DNA from: Polyangiales bacterium
GTDB lineage: Bacteria > Myxococcota_A > Polyangia > Polyangiales > Polyangiaceae
Length of the DNA: 64,000 nt
NCBI GenBank assembly: GCA_038230375.1
Contig: JBBRNJ010000001.1
Location: 64,001 to 128,000 of the forward strand
Reading direction: 5' to 3'
Shown here: positions 1 to 10,399 of the stretch, in pieces
How positions within the stretch are numbered: position 1 is the first letter of the stretch
How the letters are laid out: each line of letters begins with the position of its first letter
Translations under genes and position numbers: made by a program
Notes under the pieces: model-generated
What the model saw: the letters and a program-made list of their open reading frames with translations, nothing else
The model's database searches: none
Told to the model about the DNA's origin: nothing

Positions 1-630
1 CCTGTCCAGCTCCACGAGCGCGGCGCGCGGATCACCACGCCCGATCGCGCTGCGGGCGCGGTCCAGGATCGCGGTCTCTTCGGCGAGCCCAAGCGGCGCG
101 CGCGCGACCGGCTTTGCAATGCGGTCCGTGATGGTCGCGGGGGAGCTCGCTGTCGGCGCGGTGTCCACCTTGGGCCCGAGGCTGCTTGCGACCGCGGTCT
201 CCAGCGAGGACGCTGAGGCGGCCGGCACATTCGCCGGCAGGCCATTCTCTTTCTGAACGGATGCGGCAGGGCCGATCGCGGGAGGCGCGGCCTGCGTGAT
301 TGCTGGTGTTGCGGAGGAAGGCGACGGCGGCGTGTCTCCCCCGCCCTTCGAATAAAGCCCGATCGCAAGCGCGCCCACGGCCAGGCCGATGACGACGACC
401 CACTTCAGCGTGGCGCCGCCACTCGCCGCGACCTGCGCGCCGGGGCCCGTTGCTGCTGCGTTCTTCGGTGGCTCCGCGGGACTGCCCAACGGGACCGGCT
501 CTGGTGAGAGCGCGGCCAGCGTGAGCGCGCGGCGCCCTGCATCCGGCACGTCGTCCGTGGCGGACGCGAGCATCTCGCGAAGGAAACTGTCCTCCGCGCC
601 GTCGTCAACCAGTCGTTCGAGGTCGCTCAT
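1..630 (-). CDS. Putative anti-sigma factor (single TM, Pro/Ala linker, TPR-like C-terminus); runs off the window start
   Basis: Not in ORF track; translated by hand from ATG at 630 (ATGA overlap with sigma stop): MSDLERLVDDG...KWVVVIGLAVGALAIG...LAEETAILDRARSAIGRGDPRAALVELDR. Confidence 0.7.
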   Translation of the reverse strand, partial: MSDLERLVDDGAEDSFLREMLASATDDVPDAGRRALTLAALSPEPVPLGSPAEPPKNAAATGPGAQVAASGGATLKWVVVIGLAVGALAIGLYSKGGGDTPPSPSSATPAITQAAPPAIGPAASVQKENGLPANVPAASASSLETAVASSLGPKVDTAPTASSPATITDRIAKPVARAPLGLAEETAILDRARSAIGRGDPRAALVELDR

Positions 631-1298
631 GCTCCCCCCTTTCGCGGGCTGGTTCTCTTTGCCTGAAGTCGCTTCGCGGAGTCACGTACGTCCTCGCGGG
701 CGCGACGCAGCCGCGACGCACACGTTCCGCTCGGCACATCCAGCAGCGCGGCGATCTCCGGGATGGAGAGACCCTCGAGCTCGAAGAGGACAAATACCTC
801 ACGGCTCTCGTCAGGCAGCTCCGCGAGCAGGAGGTCGAGCATGGCGCGCGCTTGCTTGCGTGACGCGAGCTCCTCGGGACCGGGTGAAGCATCCGCCAGT
901 CCAAGCACCGCGTCTTCGTCTCCGCGCTCGCGCCGGTCCCGTCTGCGCGACTCCATCGCGACGAGCGGCGCCGCCCTGTAGAGGAACGCCTTCTCGCGCC
1001 CCACTTCGATGCTCGCGAGCCGCTTCCCGGCCACCACGAACACCTGCTGCGTGGCGTCGTCCGCGGCGGCTGCGGAAAGCCCGAGCCGACGGAGCGTGCG
1101 CCACACGAAGTCGTAGTTGACCTCGGCAATCTCATGAAGCCGCGCGCGCTCCTCGCGTGTGGAAGCCACATCAGGCGGCTCGGCTGCGGAGGATGCCTCC
1201 GCGTGCGTTCCACCGGAGCTCGGCGAGCGCTCCTCTGTGCGTGCCTCGGTGGAGAGCATGGGCCCTTCTCCATGTTTCGGGGCCTCTTCTTCGATCAC
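627..1298 (-). CDS. ECF-family RNA polymerase sigma-70 factor
   Basis: Region 2 (ADDATQQVF) and region 4 (LAELPDESREVFVLFELEGLSIPEIAALLDVPSGTCASRLRRAR); start may be 1260. Confidence 0.92.
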   Translation of the reverse strand: MIEEEAPKHGEGPMLSTEARTEERSPSSGGTHAEASSAAEPPDVASTREERARLHEIAEVNYDFVWRTLRRLGLSAAAADDATQQVFVVAGKRLASIEVGREKAFLYRAAPLVAMESRRRDRRERGDEDAVLGLADASPGPEELASRKQARAMLDLLLAELPDESREVFVLFELEGLSIPEIAALLDVPSGTCASRLRRAREDVRDSAKRLQAKRTSPRKGGA

Positions 1299-1313
1299 GA
1301 AATCGGCTGCCTT

Positions 1314-2432
1314 TCACGAAAACACGTGGAACCCCAGGAAGAGGCCACCGAAGACCCCCAGTGAGGGTAGCTCGTACAGCGTCACGCCGGGAGTGGAACC
1401 CGCGCCCGCCGCGTAGAACCGCTGCCGGACGAGCGGCGCAGACACGCCGACATCTCCCCCCACGAAGAACCTGTTCGTGATCGCCCACTCGGCGCTGAGG
1501 CTGCCGCCGAGCGCGATGGACACGCGGGAGTCCTTCTGCGCATTCGCGAGCCCGTCGGCATGGGCCGTGAGCAACCCGCCATCGACCACGCCGCACGACG
1601 CCAGCACGAGCCTGCCTCGCACGACGCGAAGCGGACACGCCGAGAAACGAACGCCCGTCCAGCCAAGCGAAGCGGACGCGGTGCCCGAGCTCGTGACGGT
1701 CTTCGTGCTCTGACCGAAGGTGCCGATCACCTCGAGACGCGCCGCGGGCGAGAGCAGCGAAGGACGCACCCACACGCCCTCGATCATCCCGCCGAGCTCC
1801 GGTGCGACATTGGGGAGCGGCGCGGAGCGGGCGCCACCACGCGCGGCGGCAGAGAGGGCGAAGGTCGAAGAGCGCGGTGGTGGAACGAGCCGCACGATGG
1901 GGGGCGGCGGAGGAGGTGGTGGAGGTTGCGGAGCGGGTGGAGGGGAAGGGTCGGGTGGAGGGGAAGGGTCGGGCGGAGGGGAAGGGTCGGGCGGAGGCGA
2001 AGGCGGAGGCGTCAGATCTGGGGCTGGCTTCGTGGACGCATGAGGATCGATCGCCAGGGCCGCTACCAGCGCCAGCGCCGAGACGACCTCTGCGCACGAC
2101 TGGCCCACGACCTCTCGCGTTGCGCTCTTGCCATCGGCGCTCAGTGTCAGCGTCCCGCGAACTCCCGCAGCTGCTCGCCCAGAAGCCCCGTCGTGACGGC
2201 CCACGGCAACGTGCAGGAGGCGACGCTCGCCGCTCTGCACCACCACGATCTTGGACGTCCGCGCCGTCAGCTCCGTCACGAAGACCGTCTCGTCGGGACA
2301 GCCCTTCTCGGTGACCACGTACTCCACGCGCACGGGCTCACGCTCTTCGTCCGCGGACACGGGGCGCGCAGAGAAGCAGATCCCGATGAGCACGACGAGC
2401 ACTGCGGAGAGGCGTGGGATCAACGCGCGCAC
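1314..2432 (-). CDS. Exported protein with PPPDPS-repeat linker and probable C-terminal outer-membrane beta-barrel
   Basis: GTG at 2432 gives a signal peptide (VRALIPRLSAVLVVLIGICFSARPVSA); Pro-rich 18-bp repeats; amphipathic strands ending LFLGFHVFS. Confidence 0.65.
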   Translation of the reverse strand: MRALIPRLSAVLVVLIGICFSARPVSADEEREPVRVEYVVTEKGCPDETVFVTELTARTSKIVVVQSGERRLLHVAVGRHDGASGRAAAGVRGTLTLSADGKSATREVVGQSCAEVVSALALVAALAIDPHASTKPAPDLTPPPSPPPDPSPPPDPSPPPDPSPPPAPQPPPPPPPPPIVRLVPPPRSSTFALSAAARGGARSAPLPNVAPELGGMIEGVWVRPSLLSPAARLEVIGTFGQSTKTVTSSGTASASLGWTGVRFSACPLRVVRGRLVLASCGVVDGGLLTAHADGLANAQKDSRVSIALGGSLSAEWAITNRFFVGGDVGVSAPLVRQRFYAAGAGSTPGVTLYELPSLGVFGGLFLGFHVFS

Positions 2433-2437
2433 GTGAT

Positions 2438-2935
2438 TCAGTGGATGCAGGCGTAGGCCTTGTTCGGCAATACGCAGGCGTACACGAGCTGACCGGAGCC
2501 GTCCGTCAGTCCAGAGCTCGTGCAGCAGTTGGATTTGCAGTCGATGCTGGTGTTGCACTTCGTGAAGCACGCGCGCTCTCCAGACGCGATGTCCTGCGCG
2601 CACACGTCGCCCGTGCAGCACTCCGACTGGTCCTTGCACGGCTGAACGCCATCACGCTCCTTCGCGCAGTTCAGCGGACACCCCTTTGCAGGGCAGCACA
2701 TCTGCACGCTCTTCAGCTTGGTACAGGTAGGGCCAGCGGCGATGCTCGTGTCGAGGCACTCCGGATCGCCAGCGCACGTCCTGGTGCAGAAACCCTGATC
2801 GCACGTGGTCGACGCCCCGCAGTCACTCACGGAGTCGCAGAGAGCACCTGGAGCGCTCCCGACCTTCTTCGAGCACGCGACAACGCCGATGAAGAGGAAC
2901 GCGGCAAGAACTGCTGCCGTTCGCTGCATGAGCAT
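2438..2935 (-). CDS. Cys-rich lipoprotein
   Basis: Signal peptide with lipobox VVAC; repeated C-x5-C(C)-x4-C units. Confidence 0.8.
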   Translation of the reverse strand: MLMQRTAAVLAAFLFIGVVACSKKVGSAPGALCDSVSDCGASTTCDQGFCTRTCAGDPECLDTSIAAGPTCTKLKSVQMCCPAKGCPLNCAKERDGVQPCKDQSECCTGDVCAQDIASGERACFTKCNTSIDCKSNCCTSSGLTDGSGQLVYACVLPNKAYACIH

Positions 2936-3020
2936 GCCAGCAGGATACCCTTATTCGTGCGCTGCCGGAGCTTCCTCGAGGACGCCAGCGAGGTGCGTGA
3001 GCACGGCGGCGCGAGCAGAC

Positions 3021-4826
3021 CTAGAACAGCGGTGCCGACTCGACGGATTTCGGGGCGGGGATGCCCAGCAGGTCCGCGGCATTCCGCGCGAAGGCGCGAT
3101 ACGTGAGAGGCGTGTCCACGATGCGCCCGTGCGATGACGCGCGGCCGGGCCGTACGAACAGGGGCACTGCGCGATCGAACACCATGTCCGTCCCGTGGCT
3201 CGTCCCCTTGCCTATGGCGTAGTTCGGATCGAAGAAGCTACCGGGCTTGGTCAGGACGTAGAGCTCGCCCCCAGCGTCCTTCGCATGCGCGCGGCACAAG
3301 AGCGCATCCTGGCTCTCGATCTCGTCGGGTGGGCATGCATCCGGAAACTCCTCCGGCGAGAGCACCCTGGCCACGCCGGGATGCAAGAGCAGCGCGGCCT
3401 TCACTGCGGCGAGCATCTCCTTCTTGCGCGCGGGCGCGAGCTTCTTTGCGGCGTCGGTGAGCCACACGTATGGATCGGCGATGCCCGCGATCCAGCGCCC
3501 CTTGCCCAGCGTCTTCACGGCAACGGCGTCGAGCTCTTCGCCCAGCGGCTCCAGCAACAGACGCTCGCCCTTCTCGCACGGACGCTTCCAGCGATCGACG
3601 TAGCCCGGCGCGCAGTATGGACGGAGCGCCATGTTGCCCGCCGTCTCCGGCATGGGCGCGGTGCCGTGGTCGGCTGAGAGCACCGCGGACCAGCCTCCGG
3701 CGCCAAAGCGTCCGTCGAGCGCGGTGAAGAACGCGGCGAGCTCCTGGTCCAGGCGATCGAGCTCGTCCCACGCTTCCATGGAGTCCGGCCCGAACACGTG
3801 ACTGATGTAGTCGTTCGACGAGAGCGAGATGGCGACGAGCGTCGGGTGGTAGCCCGCTGCGCGCTCATCCATGGCACGCAGCGCCATGGAGAGGAGCACG
3901 CGATCGCCGAAGGGTGTCATGCGGAACGCCTTCGTGGGGGACGACGCGGCGCTGAGGTCATGCGGGTAGGTCGCCTTGAGCCCCACGTAGTCGCCCTCGC
4001 CGTCCTGTCCGTCGGCGGATGCAGTGTGGCCCTTGACCCAGTCCGGCCGCAGCGGCGCGTCCCATGATCTTCCGGCGTAGGGCTCGTGATCTTCCTTCCA
4101 CGCGGCGGCGAGCCACGGCGGAGGGGTGCGTGTGAACGCGGTGGACGTGATGAAGTTGCCCTTCGTTTGGTCGTACCAGACCACGTCCGTGGGCGCACGA
4201 CCGCCGCCGAAGATGGCGCCGCGATCCTTGAGCGACATGCTGATGATCACAGCGTCGGGCTTTGCGGCGCGCAGGCTGTCCGCAAGCGTGGGGACGCGCA
4301 GCGCTGCGATCGAGGAGCTCACGTCGCCCTCGCGCGGGCCCTGCGTGCCGACCGCTGTCGCCTTTGGATCACGGAGCGAGGACACGCGCGCCAGCGCCTC
4401 GTCCATGCGCTCGTTGGACACGATGCCATTCTGGTGCGGCGTCACGCCCGTGTAGAGCGCGGCATGCCCGGGGGCCGTGTCGGTGACCGCGTGCGCGAAC
4501 CGCATCTCGCGCGCGTAGGTGCCCTCGCGCGCGAGCCTGGCAAAGCCTCCGTCCGGCCGCAGCGCGGACATGCGGTCGGACATCACCCATGCCGCGAGCT
4601 GATCGACCACGATCGTGACGACCACGGGAAAAGGCGCCTGACCGTCCGTGGGCGGCGACGTAGAACGCGACGGGGGACCCGGGTACGGCAGGGCCGTACT
4701 CGCCGTGGCAGCGTCGGCCTTCACCGCAGCGTCCCCCCTTGCCACAGCCTCGGGCTGCGGAGAGCTGTCCTTGCATGCTTGTATACTGCACACAAAAACA
4801 ACCACGAGCGCGGCGACCGTCCTCAC
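3021..4826 (-). CDS. Alkaline phosphatase superfamily lipoprotein (PafA / type I phosphodiesterase-like)
   Basis: IVVDQL, TDTAPGHA (Thr nucleophile), SLKDR, DYISH.FGP, LSADHG, SHG motifs; lipobox IQAC. Confidence 0.88.
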   Translation of the reverse strand: MRTVAALVVVFVCSIQACKDSSPQPEAVARGDAAVKADAATASTALPYPGPPSRSTSPPTDGQAPFPVVVTIVVDQLAAWVMSDRMSALRPDGGFARLAREGTYAREMRFAHAVTDTAPGHAALYTGVTPHQNGIVSNERMDEALARVSSLRDPKATAVGTQGPREGDVSSSIAALRVPTLADSLRAAKPDAVIISMSLKDRGAIFGGGRAPTDVVWYDQTKGNFITSTAFTRTPPPWLAAAWKEDHEPYAGRSWDAPLRPDWVKGHTASADGQDGEGDYVGLKATYPHDLSAASSPTKAFRMTPFGDRVLLSMALRAMDERAAGYHPTLVAISLSSNDYISHVFGPDSMEAWDELDRLDQELAAFFTALDGRFGAGGWSAVLSADHGTAPMPETAGNMALRPYCAPGYVDRWKRPCEKGERLLLEPLGEELDAVAVKTLGKGRWIAGIADPYVWLTDAAKKLAPARKKEMLAAVKAALLLHPGVARVLSPEEFPDACPPDEIESQDALLCRAHAKDAGGELYVLTKPGSFFDPNYAIGKGTSHGTDMVFDRAVPLFVRPGRASSHGRIVDTPLTYRAFARNAADLLGIPAPKSVESAPLF

Positions 4827-4830
4827 GCGA

Positions 4831-5604
4831 TCACTTGGCGGGAGCGGCAGCAGCGCCGGAGCAGACCTTCGGCTTGCCTTCGACCTTGTAGGTGACGCCC
4901 GTCTCCATCTTCTTGTACTTCACGAGGGCGCTGGTGCCCGTGGCCTTGCCTGCCTCGCAGGTGCCGTTCGAGATCTCGCCGAAGTCGTTCAGCTGCTCGA
5001 ACTTGCCGTCCTCCGTGTCCACCAGGCGCGCCTTCACGGACGTGCCGGAGACGTTGAGCACGAAGATCTCCAGGTCGCCGTCCAGGTCGAGATCCTTCAC
5101 GGAGATGATGTCGTTCTCGGGGACGGGCGCGTTGACCTTCACCTTCGTGCCCTCGGTCACGATGAGGTTGTGCGTTGGGGGGAGCTTCGCATCGCAGGGC
5201 GTGATGTTGACCAGGTAGAGCGTCTCCTTCGCCTTCGACGTGGTGAACGCGCCATCGTAGCCGCCGTCGACCTCGATGAGCGCGTCACCCTTGCCGGTGC
5301 ACTCCTTCTTGGTCTTGCGGAATGTCTTGAAGCCGGAGTTGATCTGCTTGCCGTACGTCTCCGGCTTTGCAACGGGCGCCATGGGCGGGATCGCCTCGAG
5401 GTCAACCAGGAGGAGCCAGCCGTCATCCTTGGGGGGCATTGCCGCGCCGCCGTCGTCAGCCATGGCCATGGCGCCGCCATCTGCGACGACCGCGCCAGCG
5501 TCGGGCATGTCCGCGGGCGGCGGCGGCTTCGGCGGAGTGCCGGGCCCGCAGGCGGCGAGGGTCGCAAGGAGTGCAGCAGTGAATGCGGTGGTTGCCCTGG
5601 TCAT
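4831..5604 (-). CDS. Hypothetical lipoprotein
   Basis: Lipobox LAAC; Pro/DAG linker; DLDLDGDLE FG-GAP-like Ca-binding motif; strong GC3 codon bias. Confidence 0.8.
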   Translation of the reverse strand: MTRATTAFTAALLATLAACGPGTPPKPPPPADMPDAGAVVADGGAMAMADDGGAAMPPKDDGWLLLVDLEAIPPMAPVAKPETYGKQINSGFKTFRKTKKECTGKGDALIEVDGGYDGAFTTSKAKETLYLVNITPCDAKLPPTHNLIVTEGTKVKVNAPVPENDIISVKDLDLDGDLEIFVLNVSGTSVKARLVDTEDGKFEQLNDFGEISNGTCEAGKATGTSALVKYKKMETGVTYKVEGKPKVCSGAAAAPAK

Positions 5605-5677
5605 GGCCGAGGAACTTACTCGAACCAGGGCGGATCGCGGGATGGAAAATGGCGGAACGGGGCGGCGGCTCGGCGGG

Positions 5678-8600
5678 TCAGCCCCCGAACGAGAGGAGCC
5701 GCAGCAGCTCGTCGCTCGAGAGCTCTTTTGGTGCGCTTTTTCCGCTCAAGATCGCGTCGGCCAGGCTCCGCTTCTCGGCGTGCATCTTGAGAACGGCCTC
5801 CTCGATCGTGCCCTTCGTGATGAGGCGCACCACCGTGACCGGCTCGGTCTGGCCCATGCGGTGAGCGCGCGACGTCGCCTGCTCCTCGGCGGCGGGATTC
5901 CACCAGGGGTCCACGTGAATGACGTGGCTCGCGCGCGTGAGGTTCAAGCCCACACCACCGGCCATCAGTGATGCGCACAGCGCAGCGTGCGACCCGCTCT
6001 GGAACCTGTCGACGATATCCTGACGCGCGTCTTGCCGCGTCTCGCCAGTCAGCACGAGCGGCTCGATGCCAGCCTCGCGAAGCGCGCGCGCGATGAGCTT
6101 CACCAGCTCCGCGAACTGGCTGTACACGAGCACGTGCGCGCCCTCGTCCTTGATCTGGGAGACCAGCTCGACGACGCGCGTGACCTTCGTGGTTGCGCCG
6201 TCGTACGAACCGTCCACCAGGCGCGGATCGCACGCCAGCTGACGGAGGCGCGTGAGCGCGGCGAAGAGCGCGATGCGAAGCTCCGCGTCCTTGGGTTGGC
6301 CCCGCTCCTTGTGCTTCTTGCCGAACGAGAGCAGCGCCGCCTCGCGTAGTGCGCGGTACCGCTTCCCCTCCTCTTCCGAGAAGGACAGCGTCTCCACGAT
6401 CTCCTCGCGCGGCGGGAGCTCCGCGAGCACCGACGCGCGCGTACGCCGCAGCAGGAACGGAGAGAGCAACCGGCCCAGCGCCAGGAGCCGTTCCTTGTCC
6501 CCCTCGACCTCGATCGGGCGGCGAAAGCGCTCGCGGAACATCTGCTCACTGCCGAACACGCCGGGGAGCGTGACATCCACCAGGCTGTACAGCTCGCCCA
6601 GGTGATTCTCCAGCGGGGTGCCGGTGAGCGCGATCGTGAAGTCGCGCGTGAGCGCACGCACGGCGGCGGTACGCGCCGCGGACACGTTCTTCACGTAATG
6701 CGCCTCGTCCAGGACCACGGTGGCGAAGTGCGTCTTCTCCAGCTCCTTGCGACGCCGCGCCAGCAGGCCGTACGACGTGACCCAGACGTCGGCCGGCGGG
6801 TCCTTCGGCGAGGGCTCCGCGCCCGTGTCCTCGTACATGGAGCGCACGCGGAGGCTTGGCGAGAAGCGCGCAAGCTCACGCTCCCAGTTCGACACGACGG
6901 ACGCGGGCGCAACCACGAGCGCAGGGCCAAGCGAGCGCCGCGCCTGCAAAACAGATGCAGTCTGCACGGTTTTTCCAAGACCCATGTCGTCGGCGAGGAT
7001 GCCGCCGCTGGCCCACGACGCCAGGCGAAGCAAGAACTCCACGCCCTCTTCCTGGTAGCGGCGCAGCGTGCCCTGCTCCAGGGCCGGCGCTTCCTTGATC
7101 TTGGTGGCGTTCTCCTTGTGGCGTGTGACGATCTCCGCAACGTCCACGCCCTTGCGATCAGCGAACGTCTGGCCCGCCGCAGCGACCACTACCGCGAGCG
7201 CCTGATGCACGCGCGCGCTTGCCTCTTCTTCTCCGGAGGGGACCGCGACCGACGCAAGCGGAAGCAGCTTCCTCCGGACCTCCTCCGTGAGCTCCAGGAA
7301 GCCCGCCTCACCCGCGCGCACGTAGCGCTTGGCCTTGCGCAGCGCCTCGAGCACTTCGCCGAGCGACACCTTCGCGTCGCCGAGCTCGATCTCGCCCGAC
7401 ACGAAGAGATACGCCCCCGCGCGACGCACGGAGAACGTGCTCTTGGCGGAGTCGAACGGGATCGCGTTCGGTGCGCGGCCCGCGCGAACCTCGATGCGAA
7501 GACGCGGCGCGGCCTGGTGGTCGCGAAGGCCCGCGTCGTCGGAGCGGACCAGATCGCCGGCATCCTCTGCCGCGCGCTGATTCTTCGTGATGAGCTCGGC
7601 CAGGGCGAGCGCCTCCTCGACCGACTGCGTGCCCGCGACGTTGTCGTGCCATTCGAGGCTGAGCGGTAGGGCTGCGCGCGCGGCGTCGACGACGGCTGTC
7701 TCCTTCGAAAGATCGCGCTCGACGAATGCGCGCTCGCCCGTGTCGACCATGAACGAGAAGAGCTCCGGTCCGCGGCCCGGGGTGAGCAGCGGCGCGAATG
7801 GATGCGCGGAGTACATGGCGCGGACGAGCGCGGAGCCGTCGGGGCGCCACTCCACGCGAAGGCCAATCGCCGGGTCGGGATGGAGCTCGGAGCCGAGCGC
7901 GGCACGCGGGAACTGGGCAAGCCCGGCGTTCATGAGCGCGCCCGTCTGCGCGAGCACCTCCGTCACGGCCTCCTTCGGGAAGATCAGCGGGCGGTCTGCC
8001 AGGAATGCGCGGACCCACGGCCGCAGCGGGCGCGGGATGGCGTAGCTGCGTACCACCAGCGTGTCGTTCTCGTCCTCGCGCTCGTCAATGCTTGCGACGA
8101 AGCCCTCGCGCTTGTCCACGCAGAGCTCGAGCTCCTCGCGCCCGAGCGCCTCGCCGCCTGCGCAGAGCTCTGCTTGCACGCCGCCGTCGCCAACGGTCAC
8201 GAAGCGCAGTGTCACCTCGCCGATCAGGATCTTCACGGCAGCAGCCGGTGCCTCGGGGTCCTTCTTGGCGACCCGACGCGTGACGCGCGCGTGCCCTTCG
8301 AGCAGCCTCAGCAGCTCGTGGCCGTGGACCGTGGCGGGGTCGACCTCGACCTCCTTCTCTTCCACCTCGGACAGCGCAGTGCGCGCGATCTGGCGCTCCA
8401 GCTCCGTGGCCATGGGCGCGTCCAGCACCTCGGCGAAGGTGGCGCGACGTGCGCGCTCCCCTTTCTTCTTCTGCTCGATCGCGGAGACGCCGAGCGACAC
8501 CTTCGTCTTGCTCCATGTGTCGAGCGAGAACGCGAACACGGGCGCGGCGTCGTCCGCCGTGACGACCTCTGCATCCTTCCCACGCGAGAGCGACTTGAGG

Positions 8601-9496
8601 ACGCGGGCCCATTCGGGCTCGCCGAGCTGCGCGGCCAGCTGCTGGGTCGCCGGATCCCGGCGCTCGTGCAGAGTGATGAGGAGCGCGCGCAACGCGAACG
8701 CCGTCCACGCGCAGTCGGCCATACCCCACGGCTGACGCGACACCTTGGGTACGCCAATGGTCAGGCGGCCCACCGCGATCGAGAGCGGCGTCACGCGCGG
8801 CATGGTGCGCTCGCGGAGCACCAGCGTGTCCCGCAGTGTATCCAGGCGGAGATCGAAGCCAGCATGACGCGCGTCCAGCGGCCCGGGCAGTGCGTCCGTC
8901 AGCGTGATGCGATCGCGCCGCTCCAGGTAGTCCTTCGCGAGCGCCGCGTAGAGCGAGCCGTATGCCGTGTCGTCGTACGCGAGCGGCGGCGGCTCCCACG
9001 TGCGCAGCGCCTCCATGACCTCTGACACCTTCGGCCCGGCGGCACGCAACGCAGCCGACACCTCCGGCGCGCGCCGGACGATGACCTCGAGGGAGTGCCA
9101 CTCCACGTCGGGGATCGGCACGGGTCGCTCCGCGTAGAGCGCCACCCGCGACATGGTGCTCGCGCCGCCTGCGCGCGGAGAGAACGGCCGCGGGACGTCG
9201 TCCTCGGGGTCCGGACCCAGCGAGAGCGCCACGGCCACGGCGTGCTTGCAACCGCCGAACTGGCCCCACGCGGGACATGTGCAGAATGCATGTACTTGGC
9301 GCGTGCGATCCAGGTGAATTTCCACGTCGTATGGGCTCTGCCCGATCACGCGCGCCGACACGCCGTCGCCCTGTCCCGATGGCACCACGGCACGGACCCG
9401 ACCCTCGCGGACGTAGGTCCGGGCGCGGAGCAGGGTGTCGCGTTGCTGGCCGTCGGCCCATTTGAGCAGCGCGGCCGTCGTGTCGGGTGTTGGCAT
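5678..9496 (-). CDS. SWIM zinc finger - SNF2 family helicase/ATPase
   Basis: CTC...CKH SWIM; ILADDMGLGKT, DEAH, LTGTPLEN, GLNLT.A, DPWWNP, RAHRMGQ; start ATG 9496 or TTG 9511. Confidence 0.95.
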   Translation of the reverse strand: MPTPDTTAALLKWADGQQRDTLLRARTYVREGRVRAVVPSGQGDGVSARVIGQSPYDVEIHLDRTRQVHAFCTCPAWGQFGGCKHAVAVALSLGPDPEDDVPRPFSPRAGGASTMSRVALYAERPVPIPDVEWHSLEVIVRRAPEVSAALRAAGPKVSEVMEALRTWEPPPLAYDDTAYGSLYAALAKDYLERRDRITLTDALPGPLDARHAGFDLRLDTLRDTLVLRERTMPRVTPLSIAVGRLTIGVPKVSRQPWGMADCAWTAFALRALLITLHERRDPATQQLAAQLGEPEWARVLKSLSRGKDAEVVTADDAAPVFAFSLDTWSKTKVSLGVSAIEQKKKGERARRATFAEVLDAPMATELERQIARTALSEVEEKEVEVDPATVHGHELLRLLEGHARVTRRVAKKDPEAPAAAVKILIGEVTLRFVTVGDGGVQAELCAGGEALGREELELCVDKREGFVASIDEREDENDTLVVRSYAIPRPLRPWVRAFLADRPLIFPKEAVTEVLAQTGALMNAGLAQFPRAALGSELHPDPAIGLRVEWRPDGSALVRAMYSAHPFAPLLTPGRGPELFSFMVDTGERAFVERDLSKETAVVDAARAALPLSLEWHDNVAGTQSVEEALALAELITKNQRAAEDAGDLVRSDDAGLRDHQAAPRLRIEVRAGRAPNAIPFDSAKSTFSVRRAGAYLFVSGEIELGDAKVSLGEVLEALRKAKRYVRAGEAGFLELTEEVRRKLLPLASVAVPSGEEEASARVHQALAVVVAAAGQTFADRKGVDVAEIVTRHKENATKIKEAPALEQGTLRRYQEEGVEFLLRLASWASGGILADDMGLGKTVQTASVLQARRSLGPALVVAPASVVSNWERELARFSPSLRVRSMYEDTGAEPSPKDPPADVWVTSYGLLARRRKELEKTHFATVVLDEAHYVKNVSAARTAAVRALTRDFTIALTGTPLENHLGELYSLVDVTLPGVFGSEQMFRERFRRPIEVEGDKERLLALGRLLSPFLLRRTRASVLAELPPREEIVETLSFSEEEGKRYRALREAALLSFGKKHKERGQPKDAELRIALFAALTRLRQLACDPRLVDGSYDGATTKVTRVVELVSQIKDEGAHVLVYSQFAELVKLIARALREAGIEPLVLTGETRQDARQDIVDRFQSGSHAALCASLMAGGVGLNLTRASHVIHVDPWWNPAAEEQATSRAHRMGQTEPVTVVRLITKGTIEEAVLKMHAEKRSLADAILSGKSAPKELSSDELLRLLSFGG

Positions 9497-9594
9497 TGAA
9501 GACAGTGACAAGGCGGGGACACTAGCACCACCAGCGCAGAACCATTGCAACCTGCGCTTGCCACGATGCGCGCATGCACCTATACGCAGTGCCG

Positions 9595-10158
9595 ATGGCC
9601 CACGAGAACGTCGTCCAGCTCGCGGCTCTGCGCTCGGTGAACACCAAGCTTGGCGTGCGTGTCGTGATGGGCGTCAGCGTCGCGGCGTTCGCGCTGCTCG
9701 TGTTCGTCATCTACGGGCATGGTCGTGCGGAGGCGGCGCCAGCGTGGGTGGGCTACCTTCCGGCGGTCAACGCCACGCTCAACGCGACCAGCGCGACGTT
9801 CCTGGTGCTCGGCGGCCTGGCGATCCGTCGCCGCGCGCTCGCAGAGCACGCAAGGCACATGCTGCGCGCGCTCGCGTCGTCAGCGCTCTTCCTGGTCTCG
9901 TACCTGGTCTATCACTGGGCCCACGGCGACTCGAAGTTCATGGGCCACGGCGCGATCCGTCCCGTCTACTTCATCATCCTCATCTCGCACGTGCTGCTGT
10001 CCGCGGTGGTGCTGCCGCTCATCTTCACGAGCTTCTTCATGTCGCTCTCGGGCCGCTTCCCCGCGCACAAGAAGGTGTCGCGCTACACGTTCCCGGTGTG
10101 GCTCTACGTCTCGGTGACGGGCGTGCTCGTGTTCCTGCTGCTGCGCACGTACGGCTGA
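9595..10158 (+). CDS. DUF420 family membrane protein
   Basis: LPAVNATLN, FLVSYLVYH, ILISHVLLS, HKKVSRYTFPVWLYVSVTG motifs. Confidence 0.88.
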   Translation: MAHENVVQLAALRSVNTKLGVRVVMGVSVAAFALLVFVIYGHGRAEAAPAWVGYLPAVNATLNATSATFLVLGGLAIRRRALAEHARHMLRALASSALFLVSYLVYHWAHGDSKFMGHGAIRPVYFIILISHVLLSAVVLPLIFTSFFMSLSGRFPAHKKVSRYTFPVWLYVSVTGVLVFLLLRTYG

Positions 10159-10316
10159 CCTCCGTCATGTCCTGGTCCCCGCGGACCATCCAGACGCACA
10201 AGCTCTGCGCCACCTGCTGGCCACACACACAAAGTTCCTGACTCCAGCACCACCCTCTTAGATGGCGGTCACGGCGAATGTTGACAGGCCCCCTTTACGT
10301 TCCGCGGCCTGCTGAC

Positions 10317-10399
10317 GTACACCACACAGGTGTACATTACTGCAGGAATTCGGGGAAAACAGGGATATTTATCGCGTTTTGTACACCTGATAGGTGAAC
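10317..10399 (+). repeat. Dispersed 83-bp double-palindrome element, copy A
   Basis: GTACACC-ACACA-GGTGTAC at 10317 and GTACACC-TGATA-GGTGAAC at 10381; colinear with reverse complement of 37622-37704. Confidence 0.85.

Noticed and set aside
5678..9496. SNF2 ATPase as part of an anti-phage system
   Set aside because: Stand-alone SWIM-SNF2 type with no neighbouring methylase, nuclease or other defence gene.
10281..10286. Perfect TTGACA upstream of element copy A as a small-RNA promoter
   Set aside because: No -10-like hexamer at 16-18 nt spacing, and no equivalent upstream of copy B.
10317..10399. Element as an integron attC site or classical MITE
   Set aside because: No RYYYAAC/GTTRRRY ends or cassette array, and no target-site duplication visible at either copy.
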